DNA of 63,975 bases, counting the filler, from Reclinomonas americana ATCC 50394 (taxonomy: Eukaryota): the NCBI GenBank assembly GCA_048213135.1. It is 6 parts of 4 records of this genome, joined end to end, with 100 filler letters (N's around TTAATTAATTAA, not from the genome) between each part and the next. Parts side by side here need not be neighbours in the genome. Positions count along the whole stretch, not along the records: positions 47,526 to 62,398 come from PS015099.1; positions 62,499 to 63,975 come from PS015114.1; 4 more parts are not named here. One strand, given 5' to 3'. The notes under the pieces were generated by a model. That model ran no database searches. It had not been told where the DNA came from and was given only the letters and a program-made list of their open reading frames with translations. Of this stretch, positions 49,843 to 63,925 are shown piece after piece. How positions within the stretch are numbered: the first letter of the stretch is position 1; each line of letters starts with the position of its first letter. The position numbers were made by a program, and so were the translations under genes.

Positions 49843-52800
49843 TCATCGCAACGCCAGTCGGCGCTTGGGTGTGAGAACGGCATAGTAGATCCACACAGAG
49901 CAAAGGCCGTGAACGTAGGGGAAGAGGCGAACGGCCACGGAGAACTTGGCCTCGCGGTGTGCCACCGTGTGCAGCTGCGTGTCCTCGATGCCACGCAAGA
50001 TGTGTGCGTCCCAACCCTGACGAGATGCGCAAGTGAGTGAGTGCACGAAGTGAAGTGAATGATGGGTCGAGATCAAACACGCGCACACACCTCTTCCCGC
50101 AAGAGTCGGAGATTGAGTTTAAAGTTGAGTGGGAAGCCCTCAATGTCGTAATTGGCGCGACGAATGCTCTCGAGCGCCGCGTCGTGCTCCTCCTCGGCAA
50201 ACGGCCGTCCGCATCGCTTCTCCTCAAACAGGCGCAGCAAGTCGGAGAACACAGTGGAACTGCACCATTCAAAAAATGAGCGATCTTCCTCTTCTTTCTC
50301 GACAGGCACTGCTCGTCGACGTAACTCGTGCCAGTTGGTGGCGCGAATGTGGTAGCGCAGTTTGACAACGAGATCGTGTACGGACTCTTGCAGCAGGAAT
50401 CGCGCATCCTCCACCAAGAGCTCGTCAATGGACTCGTACACCAACGGTGCTTGCACTGTGGACACGACGCCGGGTTTTGGGCGTTGCAACGTGAACAGTG
50501 GCTGCCATGCACGCCAGTCCGACAGGTTGTACGTGATGGTGGAGGGCGAGGTGGTGTCCTGAATGTTGGCCCACACATTGTCTTCGCTGATGACGCAGCC
50601 AATCGACTTCAGCGGGCAGTGCGGATCCAACACATCGAAGACACGACCGAGGCCGGCATCAATCAGCTGCGACAAGGCGGATGAGAATATGGTGATGGAA
50701 AGCGATGCCAAGAAACCTCGTTTTGAAAAATACCTTGACTGTGCCGCCAGGCTGTCGCCACAGCACGTACGCCGTAGTGCCGGCAGGAACCGAGTGGCCC
50801 AACACGAGGCGCACATCCTGCAAACCCATGTAAGAGTTACACATCTCATAACTCTTGCGCGATTCGTGAGATACGAACCTCATTCAGGGCAAGCATGAAA
50901 TTGCACAGCAGAATGGCGTGCTCCTCCTCGTCGCCAGCGAGCAGGTCGAGGAATTCCTGCAACGAGAGATGGTGAGGGGGCATGGATGGAAGGTACGTAT
51001 GCGAATCAACGCAACTTGCGACGTGGTCCAGACATCCGACCGATCGTAAAACGTCAAGTAGTCCTCCACGAACGGGATAAGTGACACGAAGCGCACCAGC
51101 AGTGGAATGTCTTCCATGCCCTCTGGTGGCGACTGCGGAGTGATGTAGCGACACACCAAGTCGGCTTCGCCATCCAGGTTGCCGACGAGCACACGGATCA
51201 TGCGATCGCGGTACTGTTGACTGAGCGACTGCTCCCAGTGCAGCAGCATAGCGTGCAGACCATCGTCGAGACGAGATTCACGCTGTTTGTGTGTGTGCGC
51301 GCAAGGGTGGGGTGAATATCGCTGATAATTGGTGCGAGGAGGAGAAGCGAAACACCACCCACCATATCGGCTGCAGAGGACGGTTTCGGCAGGTTGGGAT
51401 CCAGACTGACGTACAAGGAGAGCACCGACGGGGGCACTTGTCCGCGTCGCTGTACGCGCCCCACTGCAGTCTCCCAGCGACTGGCTGGCGCATCGGCGCT
51501 GGCACGCTCACTGCACACACCCATCGCAGTTATTCATCACCACAGGCCGAGGTGTTGCCGACAACATTGTGAAAAAACGCAACACCGACTGCTGCGACTG
51601 CGGTGACCATGGGGCGCCGGGGCGTCGCGAGGCTGAACGACGAGCAGCTGGCGGCGACAATGGCCGATCGCGATCGCGGTTCCGTCGCAACTCCTCGAGT
51701 TCCTCGATGCGACGACTCACCAGTGCTGGCGTGTAGGCGACGTTCACTGGTGGTGTGTCGACGATGAAGGCGCCCTCCACCTGGGTGGAGGAGGAAGGGG
51801 GAGAGGGGAGAAGGGAGAGGGAGAGGGTGAGGGAGAGGGAGAGGGAGAGGAGAAGGAGAAGGGAGAAGGGAGAGGGAGAGGGAGAGGGAGAGGGAGAGGG
51901 AGAGGGAGAGAGACCCACACACCTTTCCATTCAGATACACTGTGGGGAACGGAATGGAGATGGAGCCGAGGAAGCGATACTCGGTGCNNNNNNNNNNNNN
52001 NNNNNNNNNNNNNNNNNNNNNNNNNNNNNNNNNNNNNNNNNNNNNNNNNNNNNNNNNNNNNNNNNNNNNNNNNNNNNNNNNNNNNNNNNNNNNNNNNNNN
52101 NNNNNNNNNNNNNNNNNNNNNNNNNNNNNNNNNNNNNNNNNNNNNNNNNNNNNNNNNNNNNNNNNNNNNNNNNNNNNNNNNNNNNNNNNNNNNNNNNNNN
52201 NNNNNNNNNNNNNNNNNNNNNNNNNNNNNNNNNNNNNNNNNNNNNNNNNNNNNNNNNNNNNNNNNNNNNNNNNNNNNNNNNNNNNNNNNNNNNNNNNNNN
52301 NNNNNNNNNNNNNNNNNNNNNNNNNNNNNNNNNNNNNNNNNNNNNNNNNNNNNNNNNNNNNNNNNNNNNNNNNNNNNNNNNNNNNNNNNNNNNNNNNNNN
52401 NNNNNNNNNNNNNNNNNNNGTGTGAGAATCTCGTTGGGAGCCAGACGATCCATCTGCGTTTGCACACACACCGCTGTCAGCTCACTTGCATGTGGTCCCC
52501 CCAGCACTGCATGAACGCAACAGCTGTGGTCGACGACTCCTCCACGACAATCTCGTCAAACAAATTGATGTCGATGCTCTCGTGGATGCGCTGCACATCG
52601 TGCTCCTCATCGGATCCCCACGCGAGCGGAACCTGCTCGTAACGCCCACAGTAAGCAAAACATGTGATGACATCAGAGTACAGACCATTCACAAACCTCA
52701 AACTGCAGCTGCAGGCTCTCGTTGAAGATCGGATCGGGTCCGCGCTGCGTGGCCGTCCACTGCACCTGATCGCGGAAGCGCACCTCCACCATGGGAAACA

Positions 52801-55800
52801 CGGCATTGTCAAAGTCGAGCAGTGCTTCGGGGTCTCGTCGCTCATCGTAGTCCTCCTCGTCGTCGTCTTGCGCATCCTGTCTGTTTCCTGCGCCTCTCTC
52901 CTCCTCCTCGTCTTCCCCTGCCTCCTCCTCAGCATTCTCGTGGCCACCATCGCCACCCTGCTCCACGTCGGCTCGCTCACTGCCACGTCTTCCTTCCGCT
53001 TCTTCTTCACCGCCCTGCAGCAGTCAATCAAGTCAGCAATTGCCTCCACGACAGTAAACACGCGCATCACAACACGCAACTGCTGCGGATGACCGCGATC
53101 GACGCACAGCAGCCCGCGATCTGTGTCGCGTGGCAGAAGCATATGAGCACAGCATGCACGCAAATGTGCAGCTCCACGGCACGCAACTGACTGCCGTCCT
53201 GCTCAACGCCAACACCCGCAGCCTCCTCCTCCTCGTCGCCCTCGTTGGAGTTGCGAGCTGATTTTATTGCACGCAAGAGACATGTGAGCACGCACAACCG
53301 TTAGTCTACTAATCAACTGCACACACAACTGAAACTTTCCAAGAGGCCCGTTTGCGACCCCGAGCGATTCCGGCTGCGCACGACGACATTTGTCAGCAAC
53401 ATAACAGGAACGCGGTACGCATTCACAAGCACGAAACGTAAGTGGTGGCCGTTGATCACCACCACCGCCATCACCACCACCACGGCCACGGCCACGTCCG
53501 CCACCTCTACCTCCACCACCACGCCCCCTTCCACGCCCTGGTGGACGAGGCGGCCGTTCACCATCGTCCAGCGACCGCCGCAATTGTCGCTGCTGTTGCG
53601 CCATGCGGCGACCGCGACCATAATAACCCGGTCCACCGCCACGACCTCGACCACGGCCCCGTCCGTCTCGCTCATCGTACTCCTCCTCGTCCTCCATTTC
53701 ACGCCGCCTTCTTGCATTCTGCGTCTCCTCACGTTGCTCCAGAAATGAGCGCCGAATCGGGAGGTGGTATCCGCGGTTGATTTGCACAATGAGTCGGCAG
53801 TACTGGGGCACAATGTCGACTTCGGAGCGCGCAAAGCGGAACGGCTTGAGCGGGCGGCGAGGCAGGAAAAAGTTGCGAATGCCCTGCGAGACGAGATGAG
53901 ATGTGAAGAGCTTGCTTGACCAAAAAACGCATTGAACGCTGAAGCAAACCTGCCACAGTGCAGTGACATTGGGGAAGCGTGGTTCCACCACAAACTCCGA
54001 CGAGGCGTGGGTGCGCTTCCGTCGCGTCCGCAAGGCGAGGTGGTGACGACGCACGTGGCGGATCTGCGCCGAGTAGTCTTGCAGTTGTGCCTCCTCTTGC
54101 AGCGTGCGCTTCGAGCGGCGCAGCATCCATGGCGTGACGTCGCTGCGTCAGGGAGAGGAGAGAGAGAGCGATAAAGAGGGAGAGTGATAAAAAGAGAGAG
54201 GAGTGAGTGACAAAAAGAGAGACAGTGAGTGATAAAGAGAGAGAGAGAGAGAGAGAGTGAATAAAAAGAGAGAGAGAGTGATAACGAGAATGCAAGAGTG
54301 AGAAACAGAAATAGAGAGGAAACAGGGTGGGTGAGAGAGACAAAGAGAGTGATTCCAGTAACTTCGCGAGACAGAAAGGTAGAGTTCTTTCTATGAGAAG
54401 CCCTGCAAACCTGTCGTGCATGGGCACTGGTCCACGATACTCGCACATGCCACGAGATTGCATTCGCGACAACAATTGTCGTCGTGTGAGTGGTACTGCA
54501 CCGTGGCGCTGTTACACCAGTGGATACGACGTGAGGTGACTCGTTCCAGAATAATAGCTCACACGGACGCACGCACCACCAGTTGCATGTCCTGCTTGAC
54601 AATGTTGCTGATGGAGAAGCCCGAGTCGATCAGCTGTTCTGGATCGAGGCCTTCCAGGAGATCGTACAAGGCCGCATTGGCGGGGTCATTCGGATCCAAC
54701 TCGGCGCCGTCAAACATGTTCTGCGGCAGACACGTTAGAGTGGAGAGAAAGAGAGAAAGAGAAAAGAGTGAAGATCGCGCACCCGCAGCTCCTCCATTCC
54801 CAACAGAGTTTGCAGGGGGTTGGCGGGTATTCTTCGGCGTCTGCGAAGAGGGAAGGAGGGGTGAGTGGCAAAGGATAAAGGATGGGGAAGCAGAGAAAAG
54901 AGGTGGAAAGAGAGAAGGGAAAGGCAACAGGAAAATGAGAGAAGCGGAATAGATTAGGACAAGAGGCGGCAGAGTGGAGAAGAGAAGCAGAGAATGTCGA
55001 AGCAGGGGATAGAGGTGGAATGAGAGAAGGGATGAAGCGGCGCAGACATGAGAAAGGAAAGGAAGAGAAGGGGGAAGACATCGATGAGAAAGACAAGAGA
55101 AGCGCAACGGAGAGAAGCCAGAGTGGAGGAAGCTGCAAGAGAGGGGAAAGAGAAATAGAGAGAAAATGGGAGAAAGGGTAGAGGGAATGGACGAAAAGCA
55201 AGTGAATGATGCGCCAATGCAGAGATGAATATGAACCTTTGCTGTCGGCCAAAGGGAATCGCCAGCGCAGATGTAGGACCCTCATCCTCCGCCTCGCCGC
55301 TGCCCTTGACCGCTGCTCCAGTGGTGGCACCACTCGAAGGCGCATTGCCCTGCATCGGCACACAACCAACTCAGTTGGTCGTCGCAGATACAGCACAGTG
55401 CCACCACTATCACGACGTTACCGGCTTCATCCAGCGAATGGTGGTGGCCAGCAGACCCGTGACACGACGCGGTCCAGTGATGCATGCCAGCTCCAGCGCC
55501 GACGGTTTATCGTTGCGCAGCCGAGCAATGTCGAGGCCCTGTGAAGGAAGGAGACGGTAAGAAGAGTGATAAAGGAGAGTTGATCTCCTCGTCTGCATTG
55601 AACGCACGGCGAAATACTGTGGATTGTGCGACGCTCGCGGCTCAAACGTCAATCGGTCCTCGAACTCGACCATGGTCTCCTTGCCCCACGACCGATCGTC
55701 GTCCAGTCGAATACGCCCAGATCCCACACACCGACTGGAAGAAGTCTGTGCACACAAGCAGGATAAGGAGGCGAAACGCGACAAAAAAAGAGAAAAATGC

Positions 55801-58800
55801 GAAACACAACTCGCTCAAACACCGCAAAGTGCAGTTCCTCGGGCGGCGAGAAGAACTGAATCGAGATGATCTCCTCCAGTCGACACTGGAGCAGAGAATT
55901 CAGCTGGCCAAGCGACGATGCAGCAACCAGCGACGCGCGGCCAGGAATAAAGAAGCGGACATCCAGTTGCAGCTGTCGCAGGTGCTGTCGTCGCTTTTGT
56001 TCCTCCTGTGGTGCACGAATCAGTCAGCCCATGTGCGCATCGCCAGAGAAAGACTTGTGATTACAAGCCGACGCAACGACATTGGCCAACTCCGCCTCCA
56101 GTGTAATGTCGGAGCCAGTAACCGAGGGAATGATGATGGGCTCGTTCTCGGGACGATGGCAAGAGTCCCAGTCCTTGCGCGCATCATACTGTTAGCCTCG
56201 CAGTGATAGAACGACTCAGTATGTGTGACAAACAAACCTCCTCAACAATCCGCAAAACGTCGTCCTCGTCAAAGGTTTCCGCAGCAAATGGCGGCGGGAC
56301 TGGACGGCCGGCTTGCAGACTGCACGATGCGACGTCAGTGGCGCGGATGAAGATGCTGTGAGGAACACAGACGCACCAGTGCAACGTCTCCAGGTCGTGG
56401 TCGTGTCGTGCGAGACCCATTTCTGCCTCCCACAGATCGCGTTCCTCGGCCAGGGTTCGCGCGACTTCCTCGGCACGGGATTCTCGGCGCTGCGGGTAAA
56501 AGGGGAAGGGATGTGAGGGGAAGAAAGGAAAAGCAAGAGGAAGGGAACATAGGTGAAGAGAATAGGAGGGGGACAACAGGGGAGGGATATAGGGGGGAAA
56601 GGAAGTGATGGAGAGGAAAACATCGTAGTGCAGTGGAGAATTGTTGCAAGACAACGAGTAGAATGAGAGAGAAAGACACACACACACATTCACACACACA
56701 CGCACACACACACATACACACAGAGGCAATGGTGATCGAGATTTGCAGCACTCAAGAAATAAATAGGCTATGAAGAAAGAGAGAAAAATCAAACTCAACA
56801 TTGATGATCTTGAGAGATAAGCAGGCAAAACAGGTGGGGCAGGACGATGGAGAGACAGGCATAACCGCAGATGGAGAGGCGATACACGTCACAGAGGTAG
56901 AAAGGTTACTTGGCGACTAATGAGGGAGATTCAAGTGCAGAACGAGGGAATAGGCATGAGTGGCAGAGAGAAGATTACAGACAGACACGCAGACAGACAC
57001 ATACAAATTGAAATGGACAAACTGGCAGATTGAGAGATAGAGAATGCGTATGAGTGCATGAGAGGATGTGAGAAAGACAACAATCACACGGTGCGAGGTT
57101 AGTGGATATATATGCAGAGCCACAAGGGATGGTTGTGACAGGGAGAGACCAGAAACATTAACACGGTGAAAGTGGTGAAGCAAGACACACCGCCACCACG
57201 TCGGGCGCCGGACGCATGGCAAACTGCATGGCGAGCGCACAGGCAGTGAATTGCTGACGAGTGCGCAGCTCCTTGACGGCCTTCCACAACGAAATGATGC
57301 GCTGCACGAGTTGCCACTCGCGTGCAATCGCGTCGTCCTGCGCAAAACATAGAGGTCACTCACGATCCGCGCGTACGTGACAAAGATGACATTGTAGCAC
57401 TCACTCGCTGGCGACGCATGAGGGCGATCTCTCGCAGCAGATTGCGCCGCTGCTTCAGATCGCGCCACCGCTCCTCGCAGTCGCCGAGCGTGGCAGGTGG
57501 CAGCTGATCGAACGAGTGGCGCAGCGACTGTCGCACACATTTTTGTTGTCGTTTAGCGCTTACAACAAAAGCACCATGGAGAGAACTGCAAACCTCCACG
57601 CGCTGCTCCAAATACGACGCCTGCTCGCCCTTGTGGCACACCTGGTACTCGTCCCACGATGCCACAATTTCCAAACACAACACCGCCTCGGCGCATATCA
57701 GTGGATGGTCGAGCAGCACGACTTCGCGAAGATCCAGGTCGAGCTGGTAGACTGAGGGCGTGCTTGGTGTGTGGTCTGTGGGGAGGAGAAGGGGGCGTGA
57801 GGAGAAGGGGTATAAAAGGGAAAGAGACAAGCAAATGGCGAGGGTAAATAGAGATGACAAAAGAGGGGGAGAATGAAAGAACGGAGGAGGGGCGGGGAGA
57901 TAACACAGAAACGACAAGGGGTAAAATTGAGAGCAGAACGACGACGGGCGACAATACAGGCGGGAAACGTCAGACAGAGGTTGATGAATGAGAGGGAGTG
58001 CGAGTGAGAGGAAAGCAAGAAAGTGAGAAGGAGAGCAGCAGGAAGGAGCACGAAGAACATAATGGCGAGCGATGGAGATACAATGAAATATGTAAGAGTA
58101 AACAGGAGATACAGAGATGGAGAGACAGTGAAAAAACCGGAAGCGTAATGCAAGCGAGAAAGGGGAACCGAGGAAACAGGAGATTCAGAGTGAGCGATGG
58201 TAAGAGAGTGAAGAACTTCCGAAAGCGCAATGCAAGCGAGAAAAGGGAAGCGAGGAAACAGGAGATTCAGAGTGAGCGATGAGAGACCGTGAAGCACGAA
58301 GTGAAGGAAGCAAGATCGAGGGAAAAGACTGAACGAGAGTGTGCGATAGAGAGAAAAGTGCAAGCGAGAAGGGAACAGCACAGCAGACAAATATAGACGG
58401 ATATGACACACAACACACACACACACACACACACACGCGCGCGCGCGCGGCAAAAGAGCAACATACGAGCACAAGTCAATGCTCGCACTTCAACACAAAG
58501 TGACCCACCATGACCGCGTGCCAGATCTGCAATCGCCTTTCCACCAGCAAAGTGCGGGTCTTGCTGGTACACAACAATGTGGTGGCGCGTCTGTGCGCGC
58601 TCGTGAGCACTGAGTGCACATCAGAATCCTTCCACCTGCACTTACCAGCGCCAGTCGACCTCCCGGCGGCATCAACATTGACTGAAAGTAGCTGCGCAAC
58701 AAGCGCGTGTCACGATCCAGCGGTTCCGGCAGCGAGTCGAGGATGGGCTTGAGCAGGAAACGATCGGCACTGCTCCAGCCGACAAATGTGAGGCCACAAC

Positions 58801-60104
58801 AAACAACGGAATACGACCAAGCTGTAACAAACCGTTCCGCCTGCAGCAAGTGGTGCTCGAACCACGCCTGCTTGTTCAGACGAGCGTAGAACGGCAGCGG
58901 ATCCTCGTAAATGCCTTCTGATTCAAGCTGCAAGGCGCTGTCATGTAAGCACTCGACAGAGAGATTCACCATGGAGTTGGTGTAGAAAACGAACATGCGA
59001 GCGATCCTCCATGCCCGGAAACGGACGGCGCTCCCACGCAGTGGCCATGTCTTCCAGTGCCTGCACCAGCTCGCGCACTTTCTCGTCCATCATGGCATTG
59101 CCTTTCGTGCGCAATACTTGCGCTCGTCGTCGCCAATGCTCAGACACGGAGACGAGAGCGCCGTTGGAGCCCTCGGCAGGTGGACGCTCCCCTGTAAAGT
59201 AGTACAGGCGGGCGTCCTGTGCGGGCGATGGCGCGGAGTGAGTGCGTGGAGTCAGTAGGCGACGGCGGAGTTCACGCAACGACGGCTGCTTGGCGATCCC
59301 AGTCAATGCACTTGGCGTTGGCGACGAGAGCCACCGCCATGCGATCGCGCTCCCAGTCTTGATGGGCGAGTTCGCGCTCGAACTCTGTGTCGAGGAGGGT
59401 GGCCTGGGGAAGGAGGGAGGGAAGGGGAAGGAGGGAAGGGAGGGGAAGGAGGGAAGGGAGGGGAAGGAGGGAAGGGAGGGGAAGGAGGGAAGGGAGGGGA
59501 AGGAGTGAGATAGAGATCTAGACAGTAGTAGGTAGGAAAAGTCTTGAACTCCAAGAACAAAGCACGCAATGTGATTGAATAAATCGTGAATGACGCGAGT
59601 GAGTGCACGGGAGAACGGGCATCATCTCAGTTGGCAACGACGCAGAGAGCAAGGAAAGAGAGCACTGAATGTGACGGAGAGAAGGCGAACAACGCGAGTG
59701 TGTGCAAGGGAGCATAGGCGTCATCTCAGTTGGTAACGACTCGGAGAGAAAGGGAAGAGTGCACTGAATGTGACTGAGAGAAAGGCGAACGCTGCAAGTG
59801 ATTAAATACGAGAATGGGCATCAACTCAGTTGGCAACCACTCGAAGGGAAAGGGAAAGAGAAAACTGAATGTGACAGTGTCCACGCATTTGTAACAACAT
59901 GACATGCAGGTTACAAAGATTGTCGCATCGTCTCACCTCCTGACCAAGCTCCGGATCTGCTTCCACGCCCTCCTGGTCGGTGCCCACCTCATCCTCACCC
60001 GGCTCATCTTCCGGCTCCTCAAATTCGGGCTCGTCGTCCTCGCCGTCACCGTCCTCATCGTCGTCGCCACCGCCTCGGTTGTTAGAGTCCTCCAGTCGTG
60101 ATTG
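49843..60104 (-). CDS. CC2D2A: CC2D2A/MKS6-like ciliary transition-zone protein (C2 plus CEP76/transglutaminase-like C-terminus), many exons, 5' end uncertain
   Basis: ELDPNDPANA, PRRPLKP.R, LIVQINRGYHLPIR, NLFDEIV, RFLGSISIPFPTVYLN|.VEG.F, LVRFVSLIPF, GDEEEHAILLCNF, CPLKSIGCV...NVWANIQ, and FSVAVRLFPY...SVWIYYA at the C-terminus. Confidence 0.9.
59590..59880. repeat. Intronic tandem repeat of about 100 bp, 3 copies
   Basis: tcagttgg(c/t)aac...actgaatgtgac recurs near 59627, 59727 and 59826. Confidence 0.7.
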
Positions 60105-61931
60105 CTGTGTATTACATGAGGGAAGGACGACATGGAGTGATGCGTCCGAATCCGAACGAAACTTGGAGGGTGGTCGACAGCGGCAGCATTCCACGACCAC
60201 GACCGACGACGCGAGAGGCGAATATCTGCACGCGACGTGAGTGTGAGGGTCGAGTCACGTCAGGCGTTGCGAAGAGGAGGATCACACATGTTCAACAAAG
60301 TGACGAGCGGCGATGACCAAGCGATAAAGAAAGCAAGAAAAGAGACTGTCATCGTTCTCAATCCTCGACGCACATTCGATGTTCAAAGAACGAGGAATGG
60401 CTGCGGTCTCTTCTCCCACGCAAAAAGACGAACAGTGATGACCAAGGCGATAGACGCAATCCTCGAGTCACAACAGGCGATAACAGTGGTGTCTTCTCGA
60501 CTAATCAGCGGCGATGTGCAAGCGACAGAGTAACAGACAAAGCAAAGTGGACACATCTTCGCACGGATGCGGTCCCTTCTCACAAAGCACAGCGAAATCA
60601 GCACAATGACGACGAACAGCGATGTACAAGCGATAGATGAGGCAAAGCAATGAGTCTGTTCTCGCTCTCCGTCCTCGAGACACAAGGTGTTGCAATGGCT
60701 GCGGTCTCTTCTCATGCAACGATCGTCCGTGACACACGCGCATCGCATCAACAAGCACACAGCGCAATGCCTTGCAGCTCCTCTCTCTCCCCCTTTCTCT
60801 CCCTCTCTCTCCCTCGCGCAACTGGCTCTCCCGTCGACAACTGCGGCGACAAGACCGATCGCGGCGACGGCGAAGGCGACACATGCTGCGACGGTTGCTG
60901 GGGAGAAGGCGCAAAGAGTGCCGCACTACCTCGTCCAAGCCCTCGACCAGAGGCCGCTGAGCGTGAAACAACACACAGTAAGAGAGAGAGAGAAGAGAGA
61001 GAGATTAAGAGTGTGATCGCAACTGCCTGCAAAGAGCGCCATCTGTGATCGCGCAAGTCGATCGACACTGCTTTCGCTCTCACTGGGAGAGAGTCGCTCT
61101 GCGGCGCTGGCATCGAGTGCCTGATCGATCAGTGTGTGAGTGGGTGAGTGGCGGGAAAACGGACATTGTATCGTTTTATTCGTGTGAGTTTGTGAGTGAA
61201 TGTGTGTGTGCGTTTGACAGACCGAGAGTGGAGGCAGTCCACGACCACGGCCAAGCATGTGTGAGCTGCGAGAGACAGAGAGACGAAGCGCTTGAGATGA
61301 CAAACTGCCGGTGCGCGAGCACATCCGAACACCATGACTTCGCAAGGCTTGAGCGTACCTCGTTGAACAGAGGAGCGTGAGACAGAGGGTCTGTTGATGA
61401 GCTTTGCTGTTGGCCTTGTCGGCGATTTTTGTCGTGATCGTGGTGGGAAGAAATCAACGTCGACGTCGACACTGACGTTTCATGCCCAGCTGGCGAGCTC
61501 GAATGCAAACGACTTTGCTTCACGAGGAGCATGCAAGCAACAACAGCGTACCTTGCTCATAGATGGCTATGCACGCTGCTTGCTCAGCGCTTTGATCGAC
61601 TTCGACTTCTTCGCGACGTTGACAGCCAGCTTGCATCTGCTGCCCGACCAGCTCTCCACGACACAGAGAGACCTTCATCCAGTCATTCTACACATGCACA
61701 GTGCTTCAGTTTCACTGCATGCCCTCGCGTACGCAGGCCGGACAACTCGGAAGTTCTCATTTCGAATTCTCCGTAACTTTCTCTGTGAACACTCTTCCTC
61801 CACCTTCACCACTGGCTTCTTGCAGATCGACGTCGCTGTCTACTACGGTGCCCGTTCCCTCTCCTTCTCCATCTCCGATGAGCAGGACAATCGGGGGTCA
61901 TTGTGCCATCAAACACAGTCAAACGAAACCA

Positions 61932-62023
61932 ATGCGCGCGCTTCTCGTTTGCTTTGCACTTCTCAGTGCGTGCATTGTGCTCGCCGATGCACACATTTGT
62001 GTGATTGAGCCGCATCAACGCGG
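61932..62023 (+). CDS. First exon of a secreted protein with mature N-terminal His (MRALLVCFALLSACIVLADA|HICVIEPHQRG)
   Basis: Hydrophobic signal peptide with an A-x-A cleavage site, followed by a gtgcg donor. Confidence 0.6.
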
Positions 62024-62274
62024 GTGCGTACAGACAGAGAGCAGTCTCTCTCTGTGTTATCAAGACTCACTCTTGTGTCTCTCTTTCGTGACTCAGAAAG
62101 CTGAACTTGGGTGATGGTGAGTGCGATTGTGAGAGTGTCTCTCTCTTTGTGTGTGTATCAGTGGACTGATGCACGTGTTGTGTGTGCAGGAGGCGATCGT
62201 TGCGTTCATGGGCGCTTTTCGGAGAAATGCAAGAAACGATAGAGAGAGAGAGAGAGAGAGAGAGGAGGGAGGAG

Positions 62275-62309
<35 letters not shown>

Positions 62310-62498
62310 CGTGTCGTTGTTCGACTAGTAGTAGTCGTACCCTTTACCCCGTTTCCCGTTCCTTCCTTTCCTTCCTACCTACCTACCGAAGGGCGGTANN
62401 NNNNNNNNNNNNNNNNNNNNNNNNNNNNNNNNNNNNNNNNNNTTAATTAATTAANNNNNNNNNNNNNNNNNNNNNNNNNNNNNNNNNNNNNNNNNNNN

Positions 62499-63925
62499 GT
62501 CAAGAAGAGTGCCGTCAAGAACACGACATCGCGCGCCGCGAGCGACAAGAGCAGCACCGCACCGCCGTCGGCCGTGTCACAGCGACCCAAGCGCTCCACC
62601 AAATTCCACCTCCCCCTCGACGATCTCTTGTCGGAGGAAGACGATGGCGCCGACGAGGAGGATGATGACAGCGACGATGACGGAGTTGTGGATCAAGACG
62701 AGGATGCAGAGATGACAGGTTCAAGCGAAGATGACGCGGCAATAGAAGATGAACGTCCGCGCAAGGTATGTGTCGTCTGCTTTGAATCTTCACACCGACA
62801 TGTGTTGCTGAGACACATTTTGGGTGCCACCACACGCACAGTCTTCCAGCAAACTGCCTGGTATCAAGGTATGTCGCCACTACTCGTTTTGTGCCTTCAT
62901 CTCTTTCCCTCCCTCTCTCTGTATTTGGTGGCAACGGCATGGTGGTATACGCATGATTGCGCGTCGAGTAGAATGTTGTGCCTGTGCATGTTCTTGTTTT
63001 TCGTCCCATTGTTCCCAAGTCAATGCCGGCAACAAGCAGCAGCGCAGCGACGAAAGATGAAGCAGAAAAAAACGCAGGAAAGAGAGAAAATGTGAAACCG
63101 GCGCGACTGTGTCGCACGTGTGTCTATGTGTTCGAGTGAGAGTGCGAGTGAGAAAAGAGTCGCATTCAACCTGTACCCCGTGTTCTTTGTTATGTGTGTA
63201 GAAAACCGAACGCTGTGAGAGGACCGCGCCACTCATACAAAGCGCACTCCATACAGGGCACATCCAGTGGCATTCCACCTGCAGCGCGCCTCGACGTCCA
63301 GAAATTGGTTGGTGTTGATTTCCCCTGTTTTTCCGCGATATTTGACAATAACCCACCCTCGAAATGCATGCGGTCACAGAATCACCAGCTCCGTGACTCG
63401 CTGGATCGTCAGGGTGGTCTCGCCAACATTAGTCACCTGCCGGGATTGAGGCGTCTCATGAGGGAGCACCAGACACTGGCCGCTCGCGATCGACTGCTGG
63501 AGGTTGTCGAAAAGACCTCGGCGCAAGTGATTGTCTATCAGTGAGTCATCATCTACACGACGCTTTTCTCTACTGTTCTCTTGGTGCTACTACTCTTTCG
63601 CAAATTCTTTGCTTCCATGTTTCTTCTCCTTGTCGCTCTCCCTCTCCAATCCCTCTGCCTGCTCGTTCCTCACTCATATCACCACCTCTCAGCATTGCCG
63701 ACGACCGCAACACTGCCGAGATCATCAAGGACTGGGTGGACGCCACGATTAGCAGTCTGGTCGCACAAGATACCGGCTCGTCCCTGCACGACAGATATCG
63801 ACGGTTCGCCGTGCGCCTCCTCGCCCAATGTCGACGGCTGCCATTCTCCATCGACGTGATTCGTCAGACTGAGTTTGGCCGGTCCATTCAACGCTGCATC
63901 AAGCTGGCGGATAAACTACCAGCAG
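62499..63925 (+). CDS. Acidic, probably nuclear protein with a TFIIS N-terminal (LW)-like domain, partial
   Basis: D/E-rich exon 62499-62766. Later exons read ...EIIKDWV...LLAQCRRLPFSIDVIRQTEFGRSI, resembling the LP.+...L..T.+G+.+ motif. Confidence 0.55.
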
